DNA of 64,000 nt from positions 29,326,001 to 29,390,000 of the forward strand of contig OZ336877.1 of NCBI GenBank assembly GCA_965287045.1, read 5' to 3'. Below are positions 39,222 to 52,451 of this stretch, one piece after another. A program made the translations under genes and the position numbers. Below the pieces are notes generated by a model, which was not told where the DNA came from, did no database searches, and saw only the letters and a program-made list of their open reading frames with translations. Source of the stretch: Carcharhinus amblyrhynchos (Eukaryota). How positions within the stretch are numbered: position 1 is the stretch's first letter; each line of letters begins with the position of its first letter.

Positions 39222-40051
39222 CTGAAAAGAAATTGCAAAGTCACTCAAGATGTAATAAACTGTACAAAATGCTTAAAATTTGTTGTTCTCTTTTCCATTT
39301 CTCAAGTCTATTTATGCTAATGCATTTCTCTGTCAACAAACTGGAAACCTAATCCCAAGTCTCCATTCATGTCACTTATTAGCTTGTTACTGGTGTACAC
39401 CCAAAGGTAGATTTCCTGTCAAGGGAAATAAATACCCAGCTCTGTACCTTCACACTGGTCATGACGGAAAAGTTGTAAGCTATAAAGCTGTGTTCCACTG
39501 TTCTATTCTGAATTCCAGACACATTGTACTATTCCTGAACATACGCGATTGAAACTACCAAATGCAATGACCAAAATTAATTTATCCAGATTTAACATGG
39601 TAACATATTTAAAATAGCAAACTTATCCACGTCAGTGGAATAGTATTATCAGTTTTAGTAAGTCACTACCAATTGTGTTTTACTTCAAAAGGAGCCCACT
39701 ATCAAGAGACATTTGGACCTGCAAGTTCCAAGCAGTTCATTTTAGTTTTAAGTACCCCAGAAACAGCTTTTGAGCAAATGGAATAAATTTTTACAATAAA
39801 ACATTTTGCATAGTGGTTATATTGAGCTAGCAACTTGAGAATTGACCACAGCGATTTTCAGATCCTACAACAAATGCTACAGTAGTGTATTATTGCAATA
39901 GCCCTGAATTTCAAAATTTAAAAACCACCTCTGCTGGAACAAGATGCACACTGCATTTTAATTGTAGCACGTTTCTCTCTCCAAAAAATAAGTTTAGTGC
40001 TTGTTCAGATTCCTCCCAAGCAACTGAAAGTCTGCAAGATTTGAAGATGTC

Positions 40052-40349
40052 ATAGAATCCCTACAGTGCAGACCATTCAGCCCATCAACCACATTCCCAC
40101 CCGGGCCCTATTCCCACAACCCCACATTCACCCTGCTCGTCCCGACACTAGGGTCGCTTTAGCATGGCCAATTCATCTAACCTGCACATCTTTGGAATGT
40201 GGGAGGAAACCGGAGCACTCGGAAGAAACATACACAGACATGGGGAGAATGTGCAAACTCCACAAAGACAGTAACCCGAGGCCAGAATTGAACCCAGGTC
40301 CCTGGCGCTGTGAAGCAGCAGTACTAACCACTGTGCCATCGTGCTGCCC
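40052..40349 (-). mobile_element. HE1-like V-SINE
   Basis: Minus-strand gggcagcacgatggcacagtggttagtactgctg...gggttcaattc; gattctatga tail. Confidence 0.88.
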
Positions 40350-41929
40350 CAATGTCAACATTGCTTTGTGATTTAATGTTAGCTTTTAAAACCAAAAGCC
40401 TCAATATTCTATTTATCCTAAACGCTAATTTATCCAAAATGCTTATCAGAACCTGGCATTATCCTTCATAAAATGCAGCACTTCAGTAAATTTATAAGTT
40501 CGGTTGGAAATTCAACAAAAACTTGAGAAAATATAATTACTGCAATTATCATGATGCAACAGTGGCAAAAATATTCAACGAAAATATCTTCTAATACTAT
40601 AAGTAGTTTTAATTTGGAACTTTTTATTTAACTATTTAACTACTGAAGTGAAAGTTAAGATCCCAGCAGCATTACAATAAGTGCCCTTGCAAAAATCATA
40701 TGAAACTTGTGCAATGGATTAAAAATGTTCAATAGTGAAGATGGCCACAGTTAATCATAACACCAAATTGGTTCTGCAAAACTAGGTAAACTCTTGTAGT
40801 CACAATATATGCAAGTCAATATTTTAAATAAGACAAATCACAAATAAAAAATATTTTGGATTTAATCCCATTCAAACCAGCACACTGGAAAAGGGAATAA
40901 GAAGAGAAAATTTAAGTAAAGAAAACAGTAGGTTGTATCTCCAAATTCAATCGAAGACTTGAGCAGGTAATCTAAATTGATACTTCAATGCGGTACTGTG
41001 GTGTTGAGATCCTGTTGGAATTTATAACCTGGACACTGCACTATTTGTTCCATTTAGCAAGCCTTTGGCTTTTGCTTCCATGCTAATTTCACACAACATA
41101 CAATTGTATTTACATATGTTGATCTAGCTACCTGAAAAGCTGGTTTCAAACAGGGGTCTGTCGATTTGTTTGGGATCAGAAAAATCGGCCATGTCAGCAA
41201 TGTTGAGAATCTTACATTTTACACTTAATATCATAGGAATCAAATGCTTTTGGATCAAAAATGAATTGTTCTGATAGAAATGGATATTTATATATCTCAA
41301 CTTATGAACATGTTATTTCTGGTGTGACATTAATTAAAAACACTTTCTGCAAGAATAACCCTTTTCCTCTGCATAGCTGAAATTGCCTTTTGAAGTTTGT
41401 CAGTGTTTGCACGGGGACACCATCACAGCACAGAAAAGTAAAAAAGAGCATTGTCTCAGAAGATACAAACCAGCAAGATAAATCCCACTTCCAATTTTAT
41501 TTTCCCCCTACCACCCCATCCTCAATTTAATGTTACAAAAATATTAATAACTTTTCTACAATGTTGCTCAGAGTTAAAGACTTGGTGGAACAAGTGTTGT
41601 GTGAATAGTCAATTAAGTGATTACCAGTGCAGTTGTTTCACGTGATGCATTTCTAAGAAACAATATTTTTTCTTGAGTTGGCATGAGGGGAGAGAGAGAT
41701 CAACAGAGTTTCTATAGTCTGGTTTCTGTTACCAAGTAGGCCAGTTAGAATCAAGAGTAATGTGGAATTTACCCTTTCCCTTGTCCCAAAATTCCTTTAA
41801 TTGAGGAAGTCCCTCAAATTCCCACAAACTAAAGTACCAGCAGGTTGAAAGGAATGAATATACAGTACACAGTGTACTCAACCAAGCAATTTCTGGCTTT
41901 GGTAACCAATTTACAAGATGTATTTTAAA

Positions 41930-43800
41930 AACATCAGAAACCTATGGCATTGAGTGATACCCAATATGCATGTACCAGCCAAAAGAGCTACCTAGCCTAA
42001 AACCACATTCCAGTTCTTTGTCCATAGCCTGGAATAAGTGCATACCCAAGTGTTTACTTTTAAAAAACATGATCTGAAGATTACTGCTTTTACTACCCTT
42101 TCAGGCATCAAGCTCAAGAGGTGAAATTATTTCTCAACTCTCCTCTAACACTTCCACCAATTACTTTAATTTATTGACCCCTCTCAAGGCCCTTCTTCAT
42201 TTCATACAGCCTAATTAAAACACTCCCTGGTTCCAAAGATGATAACCCCAACTCATCCCATCTTTGCCAGTAGCCAAATTTCTCCATTCTGTGATCACAT
42301 CCTTACTGGAATGACCAAAACTTTGCAGTACTCTAACTTGGCCCAGTTAGCATTTGCCCTGTTCTAGCATAATTTCTCTGCTCTTACATTCTACGCCTTG
42401 ACTAATAAAGGGAAGTATTCCTTCTTAGCCATTACCACCCTGCTTCTACTTTCAGGAACTTGCAGAATCTGCCACTCTCCAAAATCCCTCTCTCCGTCTA
42501 TACTTATCAGTATCCTACCATTTTCTTTTGTCCTCACACTCCTCTGGATTGAATTCTATTAGCTACTCTCTGTCCAACTGGTGATTCTGTTGATAACTTC
42601 CTAGCATCCACAGCTGTTTCCCTCACCACCAATATGGCTAATTTTTGCAACATCTGCAGACTTCATCATGTCTCCTAAAATTAAGTCCAACTTTTTGATA
42701 CACACTAGAAAAAGCTGGGGACTTAGTACTGATCCCCATTCCCTGGAAACAGTCTTCCCATGGGCTTTTAATGACCAGTCTGCCATGTGGGACCGCATCA
42801 AAAACCTTGCTAGAATCCATGTAGCATCAATCAAATACACAACCTTCTTAGCCATCCTTGTTATCTCCACAATTTCACCAGGTTCATCAGATATGATCTT
42901 CCCTTGTCAAATTTTTGCCATCTCCCCAAACTAGTTCTTGCTTTTCAAAGGACAATTTGTACTGGCCCTCAGTTGTTTCCTATAATTTTCCACCACCTGA
43001 CAGGCCTGCCTTTTTTTTTATTAGAAAAGCTACAACGTTAGCATTCATCAAGCACCACAGCTGTAGCCAGAAGAGAGTAAAAAAACAATCAGAGCCTCTG
43101 CTATTTCATCCCTTGTTTCTCAGAAAGTTGCGATACATTTCACCTGGGACTGGGAATTTATATTTCCACTCAATGTTTAGCTCTGTTCAATTCTTCAGAC
43201 TCCTCCTTAATTGGAACATATGTATTTTCTCCCTTTTTTTATGCCCTCCCTTTGCTCATTTCATTTTTAATTTAATCTGACAGTTTCTATACACCTCGGG
43301 CTTTCTGCAGTATTGAGCACCAAGTATCTGACACCAACTTCTGCTTTTTGCCTTATCCTTTCCTTAAGTTCAGTGATACTGAAAGGTGAAGTCAGGATTG
43401 GTAGAAAAGCAAAGAAAAGAGTTTAGATTTGAAATCCGCCATTTTTCTTTGTAGGAACATATTTGTTCAGAATCGTCTTGATATCTTGCTTGAATCACAG
43501 TAGCTGTTCCAGTTCATTTTTGCCAAATCACACCTCTTAAATAAGATTGGCTTTTCTTCAAACTTTTACTCCAGGTTTACCTTAATCCTTCCCTATAACT
43601 GTACTAAATTTAACTGGATTACAATCACTACCTGCAGAACAATCTCCTAACACTCCTCCAACTTGTCTAACTTAATCCAAAAACTGAGTCCAGAATACTC
43701 ATCCCTCTCATTGAGCTTGATATGTACTGGCAAAAGAAATGCTGAATACATAAATAATTCTGCACTGTCCATTCCTTTTGCACCAGTTATTGGGGTAGAT
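41930..43800 (-). mobile_element. Old CR1 LINE
   Basis: MDSSKVFDAVPH (ORF 42638..42820), GSVLSPQLF, SAD remnants. Confidence 0.7.
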
Positions 43801-43949
43801 AAAGTCCCCTATTGCTGCTATGTTCTAGTCTCCATTGCCTAGTAGACCTGCAGGGATTGATTGTAATGTGGCACTCACCCCAAAAATTCTCAGCAATTTG
43901 ACAACATTGCTGCTCTCGTATCTTTGGCTATTTTGGAATCTACAGTAAG

Positions 43950-46450
43950 CGAACATATGCATTTGGCCCCGGAGCCTGTTCTGCCATTTGATAACAGACC
44001 GATCTGAATGTAGCCTTAGTGCCACTTCCCAATTTGTCCCTATAATACCCAATTCCATTGCCAACCAAGAACCCATCTCAGCCTTGAATATATTCAATGA
44101 CCCAGTCTCCACTGTTCTGAGGAAGCGAACTCCACAGAGTAACAATATCAAGAGAAAAAAATTTTTCTTACCCCTGCCTTGTATGGAAGACACCTATTTT
44201 TAAAACCCAAGTTCCAAACTCATCTATAAGTGGAAACATTTTGGCAACCACCCTATCAAGTCCCAAGGTCTTGGACGTTTCAATAAAACCATCTTCTAAA
44301 CACCAATGGGTATAGGCCCCAACCAACTTAACTGTTCATTAGATAATCCCCTCATACTAGAAATCAGTGAAATAGACCAACTTTGAACTGTTTCCAATGC
44401 AATTTTATCCTTTGAGATCAAAGCTGTACATAGTATCCAGGTGTGGTCTCATGAAGACCCTGTAAAGTTGCCCTGTAAATATTCTAGTCCTCTTGCAATA
44501 AAGTGGCAACATTCAATTTGCCTTCTGAATCACTTACTATACCTGCACACTAACTTTGCAATTCATGTACAAGGACATCCAGATCCCTCTGTACTGCAAT
44601 GCTCTACAATCTCTTTTCATTTTAAATAAAATTCTGCTTTTTCATTCTTCCTGCCAAATTGCACAAGCTCATATTTTCCCACATTATAGTCCATCTGCCA
44701 AACTTTGTTCATTCACTTAATCTATATCCCTTTGTAGATTCCTTATGTCCTCTTCACAACTTACTTTCTAACTATTTGTGTCATCTGCAAATTTAGCAAC
44801 TGTACATTCGTTCCCTTTATTCAAGTTATTGACAACAGATTGTAAATTGTTGAGGTCCCATTGATCCCTGTTGCATTTCCACTAGTCACATCCTGCCAAC
44901 CCAAACCATTTATCCCCACTCTGCTTCCGGTTTGCTTGCCAATCCTCAATCCAAATTTCCCCCACACCATGAGTTCTTACCTTATGTAACTTTTGATGTG
45001 GCACCTCATTGAATGCCCTGTGGAAGTACACCAACATGTACAGATTCCACTTTATCCTTGTTAGTTTTTCAAAGAATGCTGATAAATTAGTCAAATACTA
45101 TTTCTCTTTCACTGAACAACATTGACTTCACTTGATTGTATTATAATTTTCTAAACATTCTGCTGTAACCTCCTTAATAATGGATTCTAGTATTTTCCCT
45201 ATGACAGATGTTAGACTAACTGGCTAGTTGTCTGCTTTGTGTCTCGTTCCTTTCTTGAACAGAGGTGCTACATTTGCTGCTTTCCAATCTCCTGGGACCT
45301 TTACAAAGCCTAGGAAATTTTGGAAGATCAGAACAGCTATACTGTTATCTCTGCAGCCACTTCTTTTCAGACTCCAGGAGGCAGGCCATCAGGTCCAGGG
45401 TACTTGTCAGCCTATAGCTCAAACAGGTTTCCCAGTAACATTTCCAAGTACTTGGAAGTTCCTCCCTCACTTTTGTTTATGTATTTTTGGGTGGTTTTTG
45501 TGTCTCCCACAGTGAAGACTAACATAAAATGTCTGTGCAACACTTGCCATTTCCCTGTTTTCCATTATCAATTCCCCAAGTTGACTCTCTAGAGGACCTA
45601 CACATTAGTTAATACTAATCATATGCTCAGTGTTGATTTTTCTCTCCACCCTAGCTGTGACTGGAACATTACATTCTGCACTCTCTCCTTTTCTTTATGA
45701 ACAGTATGTTTTTGTCTGCATAACACACAAGAAACAACACTTTTCACTATGTTAATACATGTGGCAATAAATCAAAATCAGTGAGATTACACTTTTCATT
45801 CCTGCTTTTAACCCTCATAGCAACATCTGATGATCCTTCGAGTATATCATTCCTGTTCAACACAGAGCAGCATCCCACACAGCAGCCCCCCCATCCCCAC
45901 CTTTTTTAAGCCCATTTTCCATCCTGTCTGATAAGTGTAACCTGGAATGTTGAGCTCGCATTTGTGCTCTCCTTCAATTTGTATATTAATAGCAATATCA
46001 AACTTCCAAGTGGTTATGTGTTTCTCAGCTGCCTTATTCACTGGCTTCTTAGATTGAATTATATACTGTGAGTTACTGAGCAACTCCTCTGCAACTACTT
46101 TCTAACCTTTTCTTCTCTCTGCTTTCAATACTCACTAACTTTCTGCTTCAGCTGTGTTTCTCTCATTTCAGAATCTAAGCTCAGGTTGCCAATCCTTTGC
46201 CAAGCCAATTAATCCCCTTCCCAATGTCACCAGTAAACCTCGCTACCATACTGATCCCAACCTGCAGGCCTGGATCGGTCCTGTGCCCTGCACTGTCAAT
46301 ACCCCAGGAATCCAAACACATCCCTCCAGCCATGCACTCATCAGCAGCACTATCCTCCCATTTCAGAATACACCATTGCACAGCATCAGGGATAATTCAG
46401 AAGTTGCTAAGTTTGAGATGCGGATTTTTAATTTGTTTCCTTGTTCGTAT
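43950..46450 (-). mobile_element. Old CR1 LINE interrupted by a Rex/Babar tail (~45630-45780, + strand)
   Basis: AFNEVPH (44882..45094), PGPDG (ccatcaggtccagg), ELNIPGY endonuclease remnant (45847..46083). Confidence 0.78.
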
Positions 46451-46699
46451 TTGGATAACAATCCAGAAGTTACATATTTATGAAGCATGCTAGGTATACA
46501 TTCAGAGGAGGAGAAAGGTTACTGAATGCAGACAACGCCTAAAATGTAGCAAATTTGAGGATTTAAATTTTGCTGATGAGCAGCATGGCATATTATCTGC
46601 TTTGCACATTCAATACAGGTTTATACAGCATTTCTAATGTAGGAAATCTTCCCATGGCATTTCATAGAAACTTTAAACATCTTGTCACTGATCCAAAGG

Positions 46700-47720
46700 A
46701 TATTAAGATGGATGACTAAAAGCTGGGTTTTAAGGAGTATCTTAAAACAGGAGTGATAGAGAGGACAGGAAGATTTTAGAACTAACTTGGTAAAATGCCT
46801 GTCAACAGTGAGGCCTATGAAAGACCAGATTTGAAAATGCAGAATTCTTGGACTGCTGGGAAGTTGGAGGTAGTTAAAAATTGGAAAGCCCAGGAGAGAC
46901 CTGAACACTTGGATAAGGACTTTAAACTGGAGGTGTTTGATGGACATGTATAGGCTTATAGGTAAACAGGACTTGGTACAGGCTAGACACAGGGCAGATT
47001 TTGGATCATCTCAAATTTATGGAGCAAAAGTAAAGATGCAAAGCTGGCAAGGAGAGCACTGAAATACTTGAGATCTGTAACAAAAGCACGAAAAAGAGTT
47101 CCAACAGCAAATGAGTCGAGGCAAGAGCAGTGACAGGCAATGTGGCACAAGTGCATGGAGATAGTCTTTGTGATGGCATAAAATGAGATCTGAATCTTGG
47201 CTCATGATCCAATAGGAGTCGGATGAGGAGGAATGCAGTTCAGCCTGAGACTGTGGCCAAGGTAATTAATGGAAGCTGAAGAAAGGGAACTGAGTTTGTA
47301 GTATGGGTGAATAGCAGAGAAGCACAGGATGAAGATCATTAATGATTTCTGGCTTCCTAATACTTAATTGGAAAAAAAGACAAATTCAGCAATAAAGAGG
47401 CAACCAAGGGTTAAAAAGGTCAGCAAGTCGAACAGAAATAGGATAAGTACTTAGGGGACTCCAGGGTTTAAGTCCAGTGTGAAAGTCTCGAACTACAAAT
47501 GTATAGATAAAAAGGGCAGCAATACTGAGCTGGATAACTAAATAAAGCTTTAGATGTATCAACTGTTCCAAAGGCTGCAGATAGATCAAGGATGCAGATA
47601 GACAGTACTTCATGGTCATAGATGTCATGTGTTACTTTGTTTCACTCCTTTCAAAGTTGTGGCGAGGCAGAAATCTGGTTGGAGTCTCAAATGTGTTGAT
47701 GGACAGATTTGAGGAGTGAT
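46700..47720 (-). mobile_element. Decayed L2-type LINE
   Basis: Purine-rich plus strand with ggttttaaggagtatcttaaa and ggatgcagatagacag, typical of antisense L2. Confidence 0.5.
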
Positions 47721-49554
47721 TGCATTATGAAGATTCTTTGAAACTACACCCGTGGAAAGAGGGGTCGGGGTGGCTTCCTGAAGTGTGTAGGTAATGATGA
47801 CAGGCTAGGAGAAAGGAGCTATATTCAAAACATGATGCACTTTATTCAAGTGACAAATTGTCTTTCTTCCAACTGTCCCATCTTCACTCGCAATATTAAT
47901 AAAAATCCCAAAGTTTCATGCTAATTTTCACATGCAATTCATTATTTCAATGTCAACTTTTGTACCTGATTAAGAACTCTATTTTTACCCTGCAACTGAA
48001 ACCACAGACGTGTCATCAATACTTGAAGGAAATAAACTTTTAGAATTACAGAGATCAAGTGGGGGAGTGGAATTGACTCGGACACTCCATGGGAAGCAGG
48101 CAAAGACACAAAGGACCCAAGAGCCTCCTCCTATGTTACAAATGACTCTAAATTCCTAATGTCATCTAACTTCCTACAAGTTCAAAGCCAAAATTGAAAC
48201 TTTGAGGTTCCTACCGCATCATCATTCTGGGCAAGACTCCAAAGCTTTTAAACAGAGAAACTTCACTGCAGTCCTAATTGCAAACTAGGATTTACCATCT
48301 GTGTAGAATGTCATGTATATACAAATCAATGTCAATATCTGCTGCCATTCATGCTTTTGTAACTCATTTCCTGCTTGACAAAGCTAATTGTGCACAATGC
48401 TCATCTACCAAGCTCTGTAAATGTAACTGAAATACCATGGCTTGCACTCAATTCAGAGAATGAAGTCAATTGTGATCTCCATGAAGGTTTTATGTAAGTT
48501 GCCACTTCTATTGCTTTTGTACATAGATTTAGCTTAGCAATGGTAACAAAATTCAGCTTTTCACCTTACATTATGTTAGAGAGCAAGCATTCACTACAAT
48601 AGAAGTGACTGATTGAATATATTTGAAATTTAGTGTACTCTGAGCTTCACTATCTTGGAGCTCATTTAGAAAAGGAATACAGCAGAATCATACGCTGAAC
48701 TTGACCCAACCCAGCCTGACTGACAAGTACAGTTATAGTGCAGCTACAGTTTTAAATGTTATGTTGTCAGAATTCTGCATCAAATTTTGGAATTCAGTTA
48801 AACCACTGCTGATCTTACTACCTGTTACCATATTTGCTGCAAATTAGTTTCATAGTTATTTAACTTGGAGCAAATGGGATGCTTGTTCATTCTCCAGGTG
48901 TACCCCAAGCTGACAGTGCACATGATAACTATCAAATGAAGCAAGAAACACATGCCAATTTTTGCAAACAATCCTCAGACAGCTCCCAAAACTGATGCAA
49001 CAGTAAGCAGCATAAATTCCTGCCGGATGAAGAAATGTGGCCCAATCAGTAATATCAAAGCATAGGTAGATTCTCAATGGCTTTTTAGGTACCAAGGAGC
49101 ATCTAGTTTTAGCAATTGTCTCTGTGTTGCCAAGATCATGCAATTAACAATTACTTCTTTTTAAAAGATAAACAAATAATCTTATCTAAGATTTTAATTT
49201 TTAAACACTTCCAATTTCCAAATGTTTTGTAACTGATATTTTAACTTCCATCCTACATTTTTTGGGTAACACTGCCGAATTCGGTTGCAGCCCAAACTGC
49301 CAACATTAAAGTAGTAGTGGTCAGTTTTTTTTTTAAATGCTAAAACATTTCATATCTCATGGGTTAAAATTAAAAAACAAATGCCTGACACAACTGGTCC
49401 CACCTCCCTTTACGGTAACTTGATTGACATATTACAGGTATGCCCGCTGCAATCAGTATCATGTTACCTGATAAATAGACAAATTCATGCACACCACTGC
49501 AGACGACTGATTACTTGCTACATCCCGTGAGAATTTTAACCACATGCACAAGGA

Positions 49555-49960
49555 ATAGCATTTGTAGTAGCTTATCACATTCACGATACCCCAAAGCACT
49601 TCATTCCAACAGTAATTTGTGTGTGCAGAGCCCCTTATGGACTCAAATGACAATTTCCCAGAGCAGAGGCTCCACAAAAACTAAATGAGATGAATTAATT
49701 AAATTTCTTTTTAATGATGGTATCAGGTGAGGCAGGGATATTGGTCATGACAACAAGAGCATTCCTCTTCTCTGAAGAGTGCCATAGGATCTTTTACATC
49801 TATGTAAACAGGCAGATATTCCTTTGGTTTAATGATAACACCAGCAACAATGCAGCAATTCCTGAATATTGCACTCAGTGGCAACCTAGACTGTGCATGC
49901 AAGTCCTGCAGGGCTTTTTTTAAACCCACAACCTTGAAACTTGCTAACAACTGAGTGAAA
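49555..49960 (-). mobile_element. DeuSINE-like element (AmnSINE1/SacSINE1-type Deu domain)
   Basis: gtgccataggatcttttacatc...ggcaga...ggtttaa...tgcagca..cct...tattgcact...cctaga resembles the recalled Deu domain. Confidence 0.6.
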
Positions 49961-50724
49961 CTGGCACAGGGCCAAACACGAGTTGCTATGATCAGAGATC
50001 GAACAGAGCCACCAGTGAAGAATACAATAGCATGTTTTTGCACATCCTTGTCATGATTAATTACTACAAATGCTAAACATACTGCATCTTTAACTTGGTT
50101 AAATTTAAGGGAATTTCCATAGCTAACGTTAATACAAATTTAAAAATTTTAGGTTGACTAAGTTTGTCAACTCAGTATAGAAACTTTACGACAGTAAGAT
50201 GCAATCAGTATTGAGACATCACTGGGGCACTCAAGAGTTACTGGGAAATAATTTAAATGCAAAGAGGGCTGCCAAATCCAGGTCTTTTTACAGAAACCAC
50301 AGATATAAAATATATTTGACATTTAAGTGTCAACAGATAGGAATAAAGCCAGCGTTGGCAACACTCAGACTGCACCACCGATCTATTCCAGAGTACAGAT
50401 ACCAGCTACAATAGGTCTTTGCACATGGAACGGAAAGCAATGCACAATTCCTCCCTACTCTAAATGTTGGAACTTTGGTTCACAAACTAAATTAATTCTA
50501 GGTACTGAACCATTTAGACTTCATATTAACATTTCAAAAGACCATTTTCCATTTTTCAGTCTGTAAAAATGCACTCAAATGGCATTTAATTTGACAAACC
50601 CAATATGCAACAAGTAATTAAGATTTATCCAGACTAAAATCAGCCAGAAAGATAAAAAGATTTAAACTTCCAGATCACAAGCAGAACTGAATAAATAAAA
50701 ATCGAAGTTAAATAGTCACAATAC

Positions 50725-50769
50725 CTGCTAAGATTGAACTTGTTGAGTTTTTCCGATACTTCCCGTAAT
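50725..50769 (-). CDS. UBR5: UBR5 exon 2: (R)LREVSEKLNKFNLS(S)
   Basis: ttttcag| acceptor, |gtattg donor; 45 nt; phase continues from exon 1. Confidence 0.95.
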
Positions 50770-51459
50770 CTGAAAAGAGAGAAGTCTAGTTGAAGCAATG
50801 CAACAGTAAAAATTTATCTATCATCCTTCTCTAATTAACATCTACATACCATACAGCTCCAACACATATCATAATACTGCTGGATTAAACACAGTCTACA
50901 TCTATAGAGAATTTCTACTCTTCATAATTTGTAATCAGAAAATACTAAATAAACTTTTCTCAATCGTAATGCTGTTACCATGCTAACTACATTACAGAGT
51001 ACTCAATTTGCTCCTGCTTTTCGAAGGTGGAGTCACAGATTAAAGTTTGTTACCTTCAGTGTAATAATTCTGTTAAAAACTATCCATAATTGGAAACAAG
51101 AATTTAATTTTGAAGTAATGCCTCATTATTTAAAGCAAATTGTTACTACTTGGTACAAAATAGATCACCAAAACATGTAGAGTGCCCATATTTAGATCTG
51201 AATTTTCTTGGAACAAGATCATCTCTGCATACATTCTGGTGTAGGCTCACAAAACTGGTAAGAAGCTATCTGTAAGCCAAATACCATTACACATTTGGAA
51301 TCCATTCAAATTTTTCTGTCAGTTTACAAGCTGCATGAAAAGAAGCTATTCCAGGTAGGATACTGTACATTGCCACTCCTTATCTTCCCCTTTCTAAACT
51401 AAACTGCAAAACACTGACTCCTCTGACGGTATAAATTTGCATCCTCTGTGACCGACTAC

Positions 51460-52300
51460 GCTGCATTATCCCTTTGTCCTTCTCAACCTGTCTCAGGCAC
51501 TTAACCACACATCCCCCCCATCTTTGGTCCAGCAGGTTGAGACTACATTTGTCTGGTTCCTTTCAGAAGAGCCTGCAATGTGTTCACTTCTCACCCAATT
51601 ACCTCTGGAGCCCCCAAGGATCCAACTCTGGACTTCACTCCCTTATATATTTCTCACCTTCATGCCGCCCTTGGGCGACAATACCTGAAACACATTACCT
51701 GAAAGGCAAACTTCGTTTTCATATGTACACAAGTAACACCAGATCTATTCTGTCCTGGATGAACCAAAATTTTCTCTAATTAAACATTAGGAAGACCGAA
51801 GCCATTGCCTTAATTCACAGTCATAAACTCCATTCCCTCACCACTAGCCATCTCAGGCTGAACCAGACTGTTCACAACGTCTGCATCCTATATGATCCTG
51901 TGCTGAACTTCCAACCCCACATCCTTCCATCACAAAGACCATCTATTTTCCAACTCCACAATATCATCTGTCACCACTTCAGCATTCTGCTACTAAGACC
52001 CATATCCATGCTTTTGTTACCTCCAGATGACTATTTTATTGCTTTTTGGGCCAATCTTTGAGTTTGCATAAACTGATGCTCTTCCAGAACATTGCTGCTC
52101 ATATCATTGCCTGCTCTTAACCCCAATTATCCACTATCCTGCTCGCTAATTGTCCTGATTGCAAGGCCAGCAATACCTCAATTTTGAACTGTGCCAAAAC
52201 CTCTCCTGGTTTTTCTCCTGCTGATTTTAACCTCCTCTAGCCCACAACAATTTTATGTTCCTCCAGTTCTGGCTTCTTTTGTTTTTCTGTACTTACCCCA
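51460..52300 (+). mobile_element. Decayed L2 LINE RT region
   Basis: G.PQGS, FHMY...T, WMNQNFL.LNI.KTE remnants (ORF 51474..51779). Confidence 0.75.
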
Positions 52301-52306
52301 CCACTA

Positions 52307-52451
52307 AGAGAGGGGATTAAGGGTTATGGGGAGAGGGCGGGGAAGTGGAACTGAGCCACGACAGATCAGCCATGATCTTATTGAATGGTGGGGCAGGCTC
52401 GAAGGGCTAGATGGCCTACTCCTGCTCCTATTTATTATGTTCTTATGTTCT
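52307..52451 (+). mobile_element. Young CR1 3' end
   Basis: Nearly identical to the reverse complement of 15496-15628. Confidence 0.9.
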
